Origin: a virus | IMG/VR virus record: IMGVR_UViG_3300017698_000025 | Span: 1-42,239 of that record | Reading direction: 5' to 3' (one strand) | DNA length: 42,239 nucleotides | Shown: piece after piece, positions 29,847-38,957 of the stretch | Numbering within the stretch: the first letter of the stretch is position 1 | Layout of the letters: each line of letters begins with the position of its first letter | Program-made: the position numbers and the translations under genes | The notes under the pieces: generated by a model | What the model was told of the DNA's origin: nothing | Database searches by the model: none | The model's input: only the letters and a program-made list of their open reading frames with translations

Positions 29847-30845
29847 ATGGTGTCCCCCAATCTCTCGGAGATGGTCACGACCACTCTCCGCAATCGTTCC
29901 GGCGAACTCGCCGACAACGTCACCCGCAACAATGCGGTGCTCACTCGCCTGAACTCGCGCGGCAACCGGAAGACCTTCTCGGGTGGCCGTACCATCGTTC
30001 AGGAGATGGAGTACGCGAACAACGGTACTTACAAGCGGTACTCGGGATATGAAGTCCTCGATATCGCGCCGTCGGACGTGTTCACCGCAGCCGAGTTCCC
30101 GATCCGACAGGCGGCCGAGGCCGTTTCCATCTCCGGTCTGGAAATGCTCCAGAACTCCGGCAAGGAAGCTGTGATCGACCTGCTTGAGTCGCGGATCAAG
30201 AACGCCCAGCACTCGTTCGCCAACGGCCTGTCCTACGACATCTATTCGGATGGCTCGGCGACTGCCCAGATGGGCGGCCTTCAGTTCCTCGTGGCGGCCT
30301 CGCCGACTTCGGGAACTGTCGGCGGCATCGACCGGGCGACCTGGGAGTTCTGGCAGAACCAGGTTTACGACTCGATCACTGACGGTGGCGCCGCGTTCAG
30401 CGCTGCGAATGCGTATTCGCAGATGCTGGCGCTCTACACGCAGTGCTCGCGCGGTCGTGACCAGCCGGACCTGATCCTCGCATCGGACGGCGCATGGCGT
30501 GCCTACAACGAGTCGCTGAACGCCCGTGTGCGGATCACCGACGAGTCGTCGGACGTGGCGAAGTCCGGGTTCATGTCGCTGAAGTTCATGAACGCCGATG
30601 TCGTGTTTGACGGCGGCTTCCAGGGCTTCTCGTCTGATCCGATCCCGGTCGGTGGCGTGCCCTCGGGCGTGAACTTCTACTTCCTCAACACGAAGTACAT
30701 CTACTACCGCCCGCACCGTGACCGGAACATGGTCCCGCTTGGTGATCGCCACGCGGTGAACCAGGACGCCATGGTCAAGCTGATCGCTTGGGCTGGTAAC
30801 ATGACCATGTCCAACGCCTTCCTTCAGGGCGTGCTCACCACGTAA
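29847..30845 (+). CDS. Major capsid protein (HK97 fold; epsilon15/BPP-1-like by size and order)
   Basis: 332 aa. Sits after the scaffold gene. GAGGA RBS. Followed by a stable hairpin. Confidence 0.8.
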   Translation: MVSPNLSEMVTTTLRNRSGELADNVTRNNAVLTRLNSRGNRKTFSGGRTIVQEMEYANNGTYKRYSGYEVLDIAPSDVFTAAEFPIRQAAEAVSISGLEMLQNSGKEAVIDLLESRIKNAQHSFANGLSYDIYSDGSATAQMGGLQFLVAASPTSGTVGGIDRATWEFWQNQVYDSITDGGAAFSAANAYSQMLALYTQCSRGRDQPDLILASDGAWRAYNESLNARVRITDESSDVAKSGFMSLKFMNADVVFDGGFQGFSSDPIPVGGVPSGVNFYFLNTKYIYYRPHRDRNMVPLGDRHAVNQDAMVKLIAWAGNMTMSNAFLQGVLTT

Positions 30846-30858
30846 TTCACACCAGACG

Positions 30859-30883
30859 CGAGGGCGTGCTTTAGCACCCCTCG
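30859..30883 (+). other. Stable RNA hairpin downstream of the capsid gene
   Basis: CGAGGGCGTGC-TTTA-GCACCCCTCG gives 10 bp with one bulge. No U-tract follows. Confidence 0.5.
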
Positions 30884-30899
30884 TTCAGGAGACAGGAAA

Positions 30900-31421
30900 A
30901 TGGCTTTCGCAACTTCGAATATCCTGGGTGTGGATTTCTCTGCAATCTACATCCTCCCGGACGACACCGGTGGCGATCTCTCGTATCCGGCTCCGCCGTT
31001 CGAGCCGGGCACCATCGCTCGTGGCTCGAGCGGCACCGAGTTCGTGTATGTGCAGTTCGGCGCGGGCGGGTCCACTGGTCTCGGCTACATCGTGGCCATC
31101 GACAATGCCTACACGGCGCTGATGGTGGACGAGGACGACATCGGGGCTCTCGGCGATATCGCCGGCGGCGCGATGGCTGCGGCCGCTGAGGACAACTACG
31201 GCTGGGTTCAGCGCGCTGGCGCTGGCGTGGCTCGGGTTGCCGCCTCGGCTGCTGCCAACGTGGTCCTGAACACCACGGGCACGGCTGGCCAGATCGACGA
31301 CGACGGCACCGCCGATATGTTCGAGATCAACGGTCTCGTGCTGACCACGGCGAATGTCGCCTCTGCCGGCACCGCTGCGGCGATGTACAACTATCCGACC
31401 ATCGGCGCGATCACGACTTAA
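30900..31421 (+). CDS. Putative capsid decoration / cement protein (Ala/Gly-rich)
   Basis: 173 aa. AGGAGA RBS. Called from position next to the capsid gene and from composition only. Confidence 0.45.
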   Translation: MAFATSNILGVDFSAIYILPDDTGGDLSYPAPPFEPGTIARGSSGTEFVYVQFGAGGSTGLGYIVAIDNAYTALMVDEDDIGALGDIAGGAMAAAAEDNYGWVQRAGAGVARVAASAAANVVLNTTGTAGQIDDDGTADMFEINGLVLTTANVASAGTAAAMYNYPTIGAITT

Positions 31422-31429
31422 TCACTGAG

Positions 31430-31453
31430 GGCGGCGCCAATCCCGGCGCCGCC
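31430..31453 (+). terminator. GC-rich hairpin, possible attenuating terminator after the capsid/decoration genes
   Basis: GGCGGCGCC-aatccc-GGCGCCGCC forms a perfect 9-bp stem. The downstream T-tract is weak (TATCTCA). Confidence 0.45.
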
Positions 31454-31476
31454 TATCTCACGAAAGAGAGGGACAC

Positions 31477-32133
31477 ATGGATATTCCGCACCACGAAATG
31501 AACTACAACTCCAAGGGCGGTCACGTCGATTTCGGAAGCGACGACAAGCTGATCGTTCAGTTCATGACGAAGGCTGTTCAGAACAAGCTTGCGTCGATGG
31601 AGGCCGGGCGTCCTGTGTTCGAGAACCAGACGTTCGTTCGGGTTCAGCAGCCCGGCGAGCGGGATTTCCTTGAACGGCCGATCCAGCAGACTGACCGCCA
31701 GCGTTGGCCGCGTCATTGGGCTGCGTTCGAAGCCGGCAACGAGCAGATGCCTGCTGGCACGCCTATCGCCATCCTGTTTCCGAACGATGGCGCACTCGTC
31801 GAGACCCTGCGTTACCACAAGGTGATGACGGTCGAGCAGCTGGCGGACCTGAACGACACCCAGAAGCAGAATATCGGCATGGGTGCGCTGGAATGGACCC
31901 GTCGTGCTATCGCGTTCCTTGAGAGCGCCAGCGGCGGGAAAGAGTTTCAGGCGATTTCTGATGAGCTGAAACACGCTCGCGAGGAAAACGCCGGGCTTCG
32001 CCAGCAGATGGCGGAGATGAATGCGAAGATCGATGCCATGGCGGCGCGGTCGACGACCACAACCGAACCGCAGGCCGAAGAGCCTGTTCGTCGCGGCCCT
32101 GGCAGGCCGCCGAAGAACCGGAGTGACGACTGA
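31477..32133 (+). CDS. Hypothetical virion-module protein with a C-terminal AT-hook-like motif
   Basis: 218 aa. Coiled segment LKHAREENAGLRQQMAEMNAKIDAM. C-terminus RRGPGRPPKNR. Confidence 0.65.
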   Translation: MDIPHHEMNYNSKGGHVDFGSDDKLIVQFMTKAVQNKLASMEAGRPVFENQTFVRVQQPGERDFLERPIQQTDRQRWPRHWAAFEAGNEQMPAGTPIAILFPNDGALVETLRYHKVMTVEQLADLNDTQKQNIGMGALEWTRRAIAFLESASGGKEFQAISDELKHAREENAGLRQQMAEMNAKIDAMAARSTTTTEPQAEEPVRRGPGRPPKNRSDD

Positions 32134-32501
32134 TGTCCACTGGCGCACAGACTCTCATCGGCCTGGGTATTTCGCCTGAGGTCGCGAACCGCATGGGCAA
32201 CACCGTTGCCACCTACGCCGGTTCCGGCACCGCGCAGAACGGCCCGACCACGGTCACGACCAACGTGGCGCTTCTGACCACGGCTGGTTCTCAGACCGCT
32301 GTAACGCTGTCCACGAAGTTCGCCATTGGCGATACCGTTTTCGTGGCGAACACGTCCTCGACCACGGGGCTTGTGTTTCCGCAGACTGGCGGCGCCATCG
32401 ACGGCGGGTCGGCGAACGCGAGCGTGAGTGTGGCTCAGAACAAGTCGCGGCTTCTGCTGAAGGTGTCGTCCACCGACTGGCGCTCCGTGGCCGGGGCGTA
32501 A
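32133..32501 (+). CDS. Hypothetical virion-module protein (Thr/Ser/Ala/Gly-rich)
   Basis: 122 aa. TGATG overlap upstream. Confidence 0.6.
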   Translation: MSTGAQTLIGLGISPEVANRMGNTVATYAGSGTAQNGPTTVTTNVALLTTAGSQTAVTLSTKFAIGDTVFVANTSSTTGLVFPQTGGAIDGGSANASVSVAQNKSRLLLKVSSTDWRSVAGA

Positions 32502-32504
32502 GTC

Positions 32505-33434
32505 GTGGCAACAGCGCTTGAGATCATTCAGGACGCGGCGCTGGAACTTGGGCTCGTCGCCCCGGTTTCGGTTTTCGGGTCCTCCGATGCTCAGGCGCAG
32601 CAGTTCGGCGCGCTGCTGAACCGGACGGGCAAGTTCCTGTCTCGTGATCGTGGGTGGACCGTTCTCCAGACGGTCTACATCATCAACATCGAGGCGCCGA
32701 TCCAAACCACTGGCGACACCGTTACCGGGTCGGGCGTGATCACGAACATCCCGACGACTGCCGGGGTCACTGCCGGAACGTATGCGGTGAGCGGCAACGG
32801 GGTCACACAGGCCAGCCGGGTCGTGTCCGTCGACAGCGGGACCCAGGTCACGATTGACCAGCCGGTTACGGAGACGGCCACTGGTGCCGCCGTGACGTTC
32901 GTCAAGGACACGTTCCCGGTGCCGGCTGACTTCGACCGGTTCATCAACGATACGCAGTGGGATCGCACGAACCACTGGCAGCTGATCGGCCCTGACAGTC
33001 CGCAGATGGACGAGTGGCACCAGTCCGGCATCGTCACGACCGGACCGCGTCGTCACTTCCGGCAGCTGGGTCGCCTTCCGAACGTGTTCCGGATCTGGCC
33101 GCCGCCGTCCTCGGACGAGGTCCCGGCGACGCTGGCGTTCGAGTATGTCTCGACAGACTGGATCGTGACGAACGCCGGGGCGTCCGCGAACAAGATCACT
33201 GCTGACAGCGACGAAGTGCTATTCGACGCGCATGTGATGACGCTCGGCCTCAAGGCGTACTTCTGGATGCAGAAGGGCTTCGATTGGGAGCCGCAGTGGC
33301 AGCTGTTCACCACGTCGCTAGATACGCGCAAGGCGCAGGACGGTGGCGCAAAGACGCTGTCTCTCGGGCGTCGCAACTTCCCGATCTTCATCTCTCCGGC
33401 GAACGTTCCTGACTCCGGCTTCGGGAACCAGTAA
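32505..33434 (+). CDS. Putative head-tail adaptor / tail tubular protein A-like
   Basis: 309 aa, GTG start. The N-terminus ALEIIQDAALELGLVAP...AQAQQFGALLNRTGKFL resembles the conserved N-terminus of podovirus adaptor proteins. Called partly from gene order. Confidence 0.5.
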   Translation: MATALEIIQDAALELGLVAPVSVFGSSDAQAQQFGALLNRTGKFLSRDRGWTVLQTVYIINIEAPIQTTGDTVTGSGVITNIPTTAGVTAGTYAVSGNGVTQASRVVSVDSGTQVTIDQPVTETATGAAVTFVKDTFPVPADFDRFINDTQWDRTNHWQLIGPDSPQMDEWHQSGIVTTGPRRHFRQLGRLPNVFRIWPPPSSDEVPATLAFEYVSTDWIVTNAGASANKITADSDEVLFDAHVMTLGLKAYFWMQKGFDWEPQWQLFTTSLDTRKAQDGGAKTLSLGRRNFPIFISPANVPDSGFGNQ

Positions 33435-34996
33435 TGCTTCATCGCCTCCGTTCAGGGAAATCGAGTGGGTCCGGCCGCGTTTCACGCGCGCGTGATATCC
33501 CGGTGCCGACCGAGGGCTGGGATACCGAGACGCCGATTGCGCAGATGTCGTCACTTCGGGCCTACGTCATGGACAACTGGTGGCCTGAGCCGGGTTATAT
33601 AGAGCCGCGCAATGGATACGGGCTGCACGCCGACACCGAGGAAACAAACCCGGTCGAGAGCCTGCTGGTCTGGAACGGCCCGACCGCTGCGATCAAGATG
33701 TTCGCGGCCTGTGGCGGGTCGATCTGGGAGACCACCACGTCCACGGTTTCCGAGGACATCACGGGGTTGTCTAACGACCGCTGGCAGTCGGTGAACATCG
33801 CCACGACGGGCGGGAACTTCCTGTGGATCTGCAACGGAGCCGATGCCCCCCGCTATTACGACGGGACCAGCTGGGCTACCACGTCCATTACAGGCATCAC
33901 TTCGACTGATATCATCTACGCCTGCCTGCATAAGCAGCGGATCTGGATGGTCCTCAAGAACTCGCTCGTGGCGGCCTATCTCGGGCTGGACTCCATCGAC
34001 GGTGCCGGGACCGCGTTCGACCTGACGGCGGTGTTCCAGAAGGGCGGATACCTTCAGGCTATCTCGACGTGGACGCTGGACGGTGGCAACGGGCCTGACG
34101 ACTATATTGCGTTCATCACGTCGCGCGGTGAGGTGGCGATCTATTCCGGCGTCACTCCCGCCACCGACTATACCCTCGTTGGAGTGTTCGAAGTCGGCAT
34201 TCCAATCGGCCGGCGCTGCGTTACCGAGATCGGTGGCGACATCGCGATCCTGACGCAGAGCGGCGTGGTGTCGCTGTCTCAGACGATGGTGCAGGACCGG
34301 GCAGCTCAGTCGCGCTCGGCGCTCACGAAGAACATTCAAAGCGCCATCAACGACGCTGCCGCGCTCTATTCGGCAAACTTCGGGTGGGAAATGATCTCCT
34401 ATCCGAAGCGCACCATGTTCCTCGTGAACACGCCGGCCGGGACGAACGCCGATCAGTATCAGTTCGCCATGAACGTGAAGCATGGCGCATGGTGCCGTTT
34501 CATCGGTCAGGAGGCGAACTGCTGGGCGCTGGTCGGTGACGACCTGTACTTCGGCGGGAACCTCGGAAAGGTCTATCAGGCCGATGTGGCTGCCGCTGAT
34601 TACGAGTCGTACATCGAGACGGATCTGATGTGCGCGTTCAACTATTTCGGCAGCCGGACCAGTCAGAAGCGCTTCATCATGTCTCGCGCGCTGATCACGA
34701 CGGACGGCACGCTCACGCCGAACCTGGGGATGAACACGGACTTCCGGAAGAACGTCGATGTGACCGCCGCTGTCACGTCACCTGAGACGCGGGCCATGTG
34801 GGATATCGCAGTGTGGGATATCGACGTGTGGGCGAACGAGACGATCTACGTGAACGACTGGATTAACACGCCGGGCATCGGGTACTGTGGATCGCTTCGC
34901 ATGAGAACGCGAACGGACTACGTCGCCGAACAGTCGCCGATCATCCTCCAGGTGAACGGCTTCACGGTCGTGATGGAAGATGGGGCAATCGTCTGA
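33434..34996 (+). CDS. Putative tail tubular protein B-like / nozzle protein
   Basis: 520 aa, beta-rich. Position after the adaptor candidate. TAATG overlap. Confidence 0.5.
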   Translation: MLHRLRSGKSSGSGRVSRARDIPVPTEGWDTETPIAQMSSLRAYVMDNWWPEPGYIEPRNGYGLHADTEETNPVESLLVWNGPTAAIKMFAACGGSIWETTTSTVSEDITGLSNDRWQSVNIATTGGNFLWICNGADAPRYYDGTSWATTSITGITSTDIIYACLHKQRIWMVLKNSLVAAYLGLDSIDGAGTAFDLTAVFQKGGYLQAISTWTLDGGNGPDDYIAFITSRGEVAIYSGVTPATDYTLVGVFEVGIPIGRRCVTEIGGDIAILTQSGVVSLSQTMVQDRAAQSRSALTKNIQSAINDAAALYSANFGWEMISYPKRTMFLVNTPAGTNADQYQFAMNVKHGAWCRFIGQEANCWALVGDDLYFGGNLGKVYQADVAAADYESYIETDLMCAFNYFGSRTSQKRFIMSRALITTDGTLTPNLGMNTDFRKNVDVTAAVTSPETRAMWDIAVWDIDVWANETIYVNDWINTPGIGYCGSLRMRTRTDYVAEQSPIILQVNGFTVVMEDGAIV

Positions 34997-35439
34997 TGCG
35001 CGTGATGATCGACCAGCATGACCTTGTGGTTCCCTACGTGAGCGACGCGACGGGGCACCAGTACACGCGGGTATGCGGATCGATTGGCATCGTGAGCGAC
35101 AGCGGGCGCCTGATGGGGGGCATCCTGCTGACCGACTATACCGGGCACGGCGTCGATATGACGATAGCCGGGCGAGGGTGCCTGAATTCAGACGTATGGT
35201 TCATCGTGGGGGAATGCGTGTTCGGGAAGCTCGGCTGCGAGCGCCTGTCCATCACAACGGCGCGGTCAAACAAGATGGTCCGCCGACTTGCACCGAAGGT
35301 CGGTTTTCGGTATGAAGGTATTGCGAGGCGGTACTATGGTACCGAGGACGGCATTGTCTTCAGCATGATCCGGACCGATCCTGCCGTTTCCACCCACTGG
35401 AGCGCTAAGCGTCTCGATGAGCACTCCCTCGCCGCCTGA
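34996..35439 (+). CDS. GNAT-family N-acetyltransferase-like protein
   Basis: 147 aa. CERLSITTARSNKMVRRLAPKVGFRYEGIARRYYGTEDGIVFSMIRTD matches the conserved GNAT C-terminal half (l.l.v...N..a.rl..klGF..eG..r......D.....m). An AGRG loop lies upstream. Confidence 0.6.
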   Translation: MRVMIDQHDLVVPYVSDATGHQYTRVCGSIGIVSDSGRLMGGILLTDYTGHGVDMTIAGRGCLNSDVWFIVGECVFGKLGCERLSITTARSNKMVRRLAPKVGFRYEGIARRYYGTEDGIVFSMIRTDPAVSTHWSAKRLDEHSLAA

Positions 35440-36790
35440 TCCGAAGGAAACCGCCGCCGCACAAGGCGCGATGAATCGCGACACCGCGATCACTCAGTAT
35501 ATGCTGGGTGCCACGAACCAGAAAACTCCGTTCGGCTCCCTCGAATACACCATGGACGGCTCGTGGGGTTCCCCCTCGCAGCCTGCGCAGTCCGCCAGTC
35601 AGTACGCGCCGAACACGGCTGGCGCAGTCCCGTCTCAGCCGCCTACGCAGAACTGGTCCGCTGGCAGCCGATCCGACAACGGCGGCATGGGGTCGGTCAA
35701 CACGACGCCGGGCCAGACGGCTGGATACAACACCGCACCGAACACCGCATCGTCTACGGGCTGGGAGAACACGCCGCGTTTCACCGCGACGCAGACGCTC
35801 TCTCCTGAACTTCAGGCGATCATGGATAACTTCCTCGGGGCCGCGAACACGGCCAGCGGGAACCTTCAGGACTCGCTGTCGAAGCCGCTCGATTTCAGCG
35901 GGCTTCCGGCGTGGACGAATAGCGTTGACGGCGGCGATATCCAGAGGAACCTTGACCTGACCGGCCTCTCGTCGCTCCCCGGTATCGACGATTTCGGAGC
36001 CGAGCGCCAGAAGGTCGAGGACGCGCTGTTTCAGCGGCTCAACCCGCAGATCGCACAGGACCGGGACGCGACGGAATCGCAGCTGTTCGCGCGCGGCATC
36101 CGGCCAGGAACGGAAGCCTACGACCGCGAGATGCAGCGGCTGAATTCTAATATCTCGGATCAGCGCACGGCGGTCACTCTGGCCGGTGGTCAGGAGCAGT
36201 CGCGGCTGTTCAACGATGCGCTGTCGGGTCGCCAGCAGGGATATCAGGAAACGCTTGGGTCCGGCGCATTCGCGAACAGCGCTCAGCAGCAGGCGTTTCA
36301 ACAGGCGCTCGCGAATGCCGGGCTGTCCAACTCGGGACGGCAGCAGGGCATCGAAGAGCAGATGCTCCAGCGGTCGCAGCCGATCAACGAGATCGCCGCG
36401 CTGTTGCAGGGCACCCAGATCGCCGGGCCTCAGTTCACGAACACTCCTCAGCCGGGCGTTAATGGCGTCGATTACACGGGGCTCGTGAACCAGCAGTATC
36501 AGGCCGAGCAAGCTAACTCTCAGGGCATGATGTCGGGTCTGTTTGGCGTCGGGTCGTCTCTGCTCGGTGGGCTGTTCGGCCTCTCTGACCGACGCCTGAA
36601 GTCGGACATTCGCCGCGTCGGAACGCTCGACAACGGGCTGCCGGTCTACGTGTACGTGATCGGTGGTCAGACGCAGATGGGCGTCATGGCCGACGAGGTC
36701 GAGCAGGTGCTGCCGGAAGCGGTGGCCGAACTGCCCAGCGGCGTGAAGGCGGTGAACTACAGGATGGTGGCGGAACATGGCGCTTCTTGA
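35417..36790 (+). CDS. Virion protein with a C-terminal Peptidase_S74 intramolecular-chaperone (auto-cleaving) domain
   Basis: 457 aa. Gln/Asn/Ser/Thr/Gly-rich body. C-terminus SDRRLKSDIRRVGTLDNGLPVYVYVIGGQTQMGVMADEVEQVLPEAV...VNYRMV matches the S74 signature (SD.RLK..I...Y.Y.....GviAqEVe.v.PeaV...vdY). Confidence 0.75.
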   Translation: MSTPSPPDPKETAAAQGAMNRDTAITQYMLGATNQKTPFGSLEYTMDGSWGSPSQPAQSASQYAPNTAGAVPSQPPTQNWSAGSRSDNGGMGSVNTTPGQTAGYNTAPNTASSTGWENTPRFTATQTLSPELQAIMDNFLGAANTASGNLQDSLSKPLDFSGLPAWTNSVDGGDIQRNLDLTGLSSLPGIDDFGAERQKVEDALFQRLNPQIAQDRDATESQLFARGIRPGTEAYDREMQRLNSNISDQRTAVTLAGGQEQSRLFNDALSGRQQGYQETLGSGAFANSAQQQAFQQALANAGLSNSGRQQGIEEQMLQRSQPINEIAALLQGTQIAGPQFTNTPQPGVNGVDYTGLVNQQYQAEQANSQGMMSGLFGVGSSLLGGLFGLSDRRLKSDIRRVGTLDNGLPVYVYVIGGQTQMGVMADEVEQVLPEAVAELPSGVKAVNYRMVAEHGAS

Positions 36791-38957
36791 CGCTGTCTTC
36801 GCTGACTCGAAGCAGGGCATGACGCCTGAGCAGGTGGAGCGCCGCCGCGCGATTGCGAAGCAGCTGTCAGCGCAGGCCCAGCCGCGCAACATCACGCACC
36901 CCATGCAGGGCGTTGCGCAGATGGTCGCTGCGGCCATGTCCGGGCTGAACGAAAGCGCTGCGCGTCGTGGCGAGGAAGCCGGCTCACAGCGTCGCGCCGA
37001 CGCGCTGAAGGGCCTGATCGGTGGCGGTGGCGCTCCGGCCCCAGCCGCGCAGGCTGATACGATGTCGTTCGCCGGGAATAACGCTCCGGCTGGTGCTGGT
37101 GATCTGAGGTCCGGCATCGCCTCGACCGCGCAGGCGCTCGGCGTCAATCCAGTCGATCTGGCGACCGCCATCTCGTATGAGACGGCAGGAACCTTCGACC
37201 CGGCCAAGAAAGGCCCGACCACTCAGTGGGGTCAGCACAAGGGTCTGATCCAGTTCGGAGAGCCGCAGGCCAAGCAGTACGGGGTTGACTGGAGCGACCC
37301 TGTCGGCTCCCAACTTGGGCCTGACGGTGCCGTTGCGAAGTACCTCCGCGATACCGGCGTGCAGCCGGGGATGGGGCTGCTGGATATCTATTCGGCGATC
37401 AACGCTGGTGGCGTGGGGAAATACGGGGCGTCAGACGCGAACAACGGGGGTGCTCCCGGGACCGTTCGCGACAAGGTTCAGAACCAGATGGCTGGCCATC
37501 GCGCCAAGGCCATGGCCATGTTTCCCGAGCCCCAGCCCACGCAGGCCGAGCAAGTCGTTACGTCGTTCGGTGGGAACAACCCGCCGCCGCAGGGGCAGCC
37601 CATGAACGCACCGCCGCAGACTGCCCAGCCGATGCCGCAGCAGGTCGCGTCCGCGCTCGGCGGTATGCCGCTGCCTCAGGGTGTGGCCATGCCTGGTGCT
37701 GGGGCGACCGCTGGCGAGTTCGCGCGCTACAACGCGGAGCAGATGCGCCAGAACGGGGGCGGCCTTCAGGCTATGCTCGCGCAGGCGCTTGGCGGTGGTG
37801 GGCAGCGTCCGCCGCAGCAGATCCCGCAGCAGCAGGGCGGCGGGATGCCTCAGGCGCCGATGCAGCAGCGGCCGGGCCAGCCGATGCCGATCACGCCGCA
37901 GGGTGGTGGCGCGCCTCAGGGGCCGCAGGGTGGCCTGCCGCAGCAGATCGCAGCGATGCTGAACGACCCGTATACGCGCGACCTTGGCGAAAAACTGGCC
38001 ATGGACTACTACAAGCAGCAGAACGCCGGCCCGGCCGAGCTTCCGGCGAGTGTCCAGGAGTTCAAGTTCGGTCAGGACAACCCGGAGTTCGTAGATTATC
38101 AGAAAGAGAAGGCTCAGTGGAGCCAGCGCGACCAGCAGCGGGAGCGCCGCATCACGGATATGACCGGGCGCGGCATCCCGATGGAGCGTGCGCAGGACAT
38201 CGCGGATGGCGTCGAAAAGCTAGTGACCGACCCGGTTACGGGAAACACAGACATCGTGAACGTGATCACCGGGAACGCGCGCCGTGTGAACTACGACGAT
38301 CCCGCCGACAAGGCTATCGTTGATAACGATACCGAAGAGGCCCGTGGGCGGCTGATCGAGGCTGGCGGTCAGGAGAACGCGCCGACGCTGTGGAACTCGC
38401 TGGAAGGCGTCCCCGGCGCGACGGGCGCCGCCACGGAATGGTATGGCCGCGTTGCCGGTCAGATCCCCGGAACTGACCTTGGGTCTGAGGTCAACGATGT
38501 CACCAGCAATCGGCAGCTGTTCCGTCTGGCGCAGGGAGACCTGATCCGGTCCCTGTCGATCAACCCTCGTTTCCCGGTCGCAGAAATGGAGCGGCTTCGC
38601 GAGGAAACCGATGTCGGCCCGTCGATCTGGGATAGCCCTGAATCGCTACGCCAGCGCATGATTACGGTGAACACCTACCTGAAGCAGCGTATGCAGACGC
38701 AGCTGGACGCCTCCAGAGACCGCACTCTCCCGCCACAGACCCGGCAGGACGCGGCCGCGAACGCGCAGGCCATTCAGTCGTTCGTCAACATCATGGGCGT
38801 TCCGGAGGGGGCCACCGCGAGCGGGTCTGGCCGAAGTGGCGGTATGGATTTCTCGAACATGTCGATGGATCAGCTTGAGGCCATCGATCCGTCCGGCCTG
38901 TCGGTTGAGGACCTGGACGCCATGATTGACCGCGTCAAGCGGCTGGGGGCGCAGTAA
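36777..38957 (+). CDS. Internal virion / ejection protein with a putative peptidoglycan-hydrolase domain and a Gln/Pro-rich linker
   Basis: 726 aa. LATAISYETAGTFDP...GLIQFGEPQAKQYGV is a lysozyme/transglycosylase-like segment. A low-complexity Q/P/G/M region is encoded by 37570-37960. Confidence 0.6.
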   Translation: MALLDAVFADSKQGMTPEQVERRRAIAKQLSAQAQPRNITHPMQGVAQMVAAAMSGLNESAARRGEEAGSQRRADALKGLIGGGGAPAPAAQADTMSFAGNNAPAGAGDLRSGIASTAQALGVNPVDLATAISYETAGTFDPAKKGPTTQWGQHKGLIQFGEPQAKQYGVDWSDPVGSQLGPDGAVAKYLRDTGVQPGMGLLDIYSAINAGGVGKYGASDANNGGAPGTVRDKVQNQMAGHRAKAMAMFPEPQPTQAEQVVTSFGGNNPPPQGQPMNAPPQTAQPMPQQVASALGGMPLPQGVAMPGAGATAGEFARYNAEQMRQNGGGLQAMLAQALGGGGQRPPQQIPQQQGGGMPQAPMQQRPGQPMPITPQGGGAPQGPQGGLPQQIAAMLNDPYTRDLGEKLAMDYYKQQNAGPAELPASVQEFKFGQDNPEFVDYQKEKAQWSQRDQQRERRITDMTGRGIPMERAQDIADGVEKLVTDPVTGNTDIVNVITGNARRVNYDDPADKAIVDNDTEEARGRLIEAGGQENAPTLWNSLEGVPGATGAATEWYGRVAGQIPGTDLGSEVNDVTSNRQLFRLAQGDLIRSLSINPRFPVAEMERLREETDVGPSIWDSPESLRQRMITVNTYLKQRMQTQLDASRDRTLPPQTRQDAAANAQAIQSFVNIMGVPEGATASGSGRSGGMDFSNMSMDQLEAIDPSGLSVEDLDAMIDRVKRLGAQ

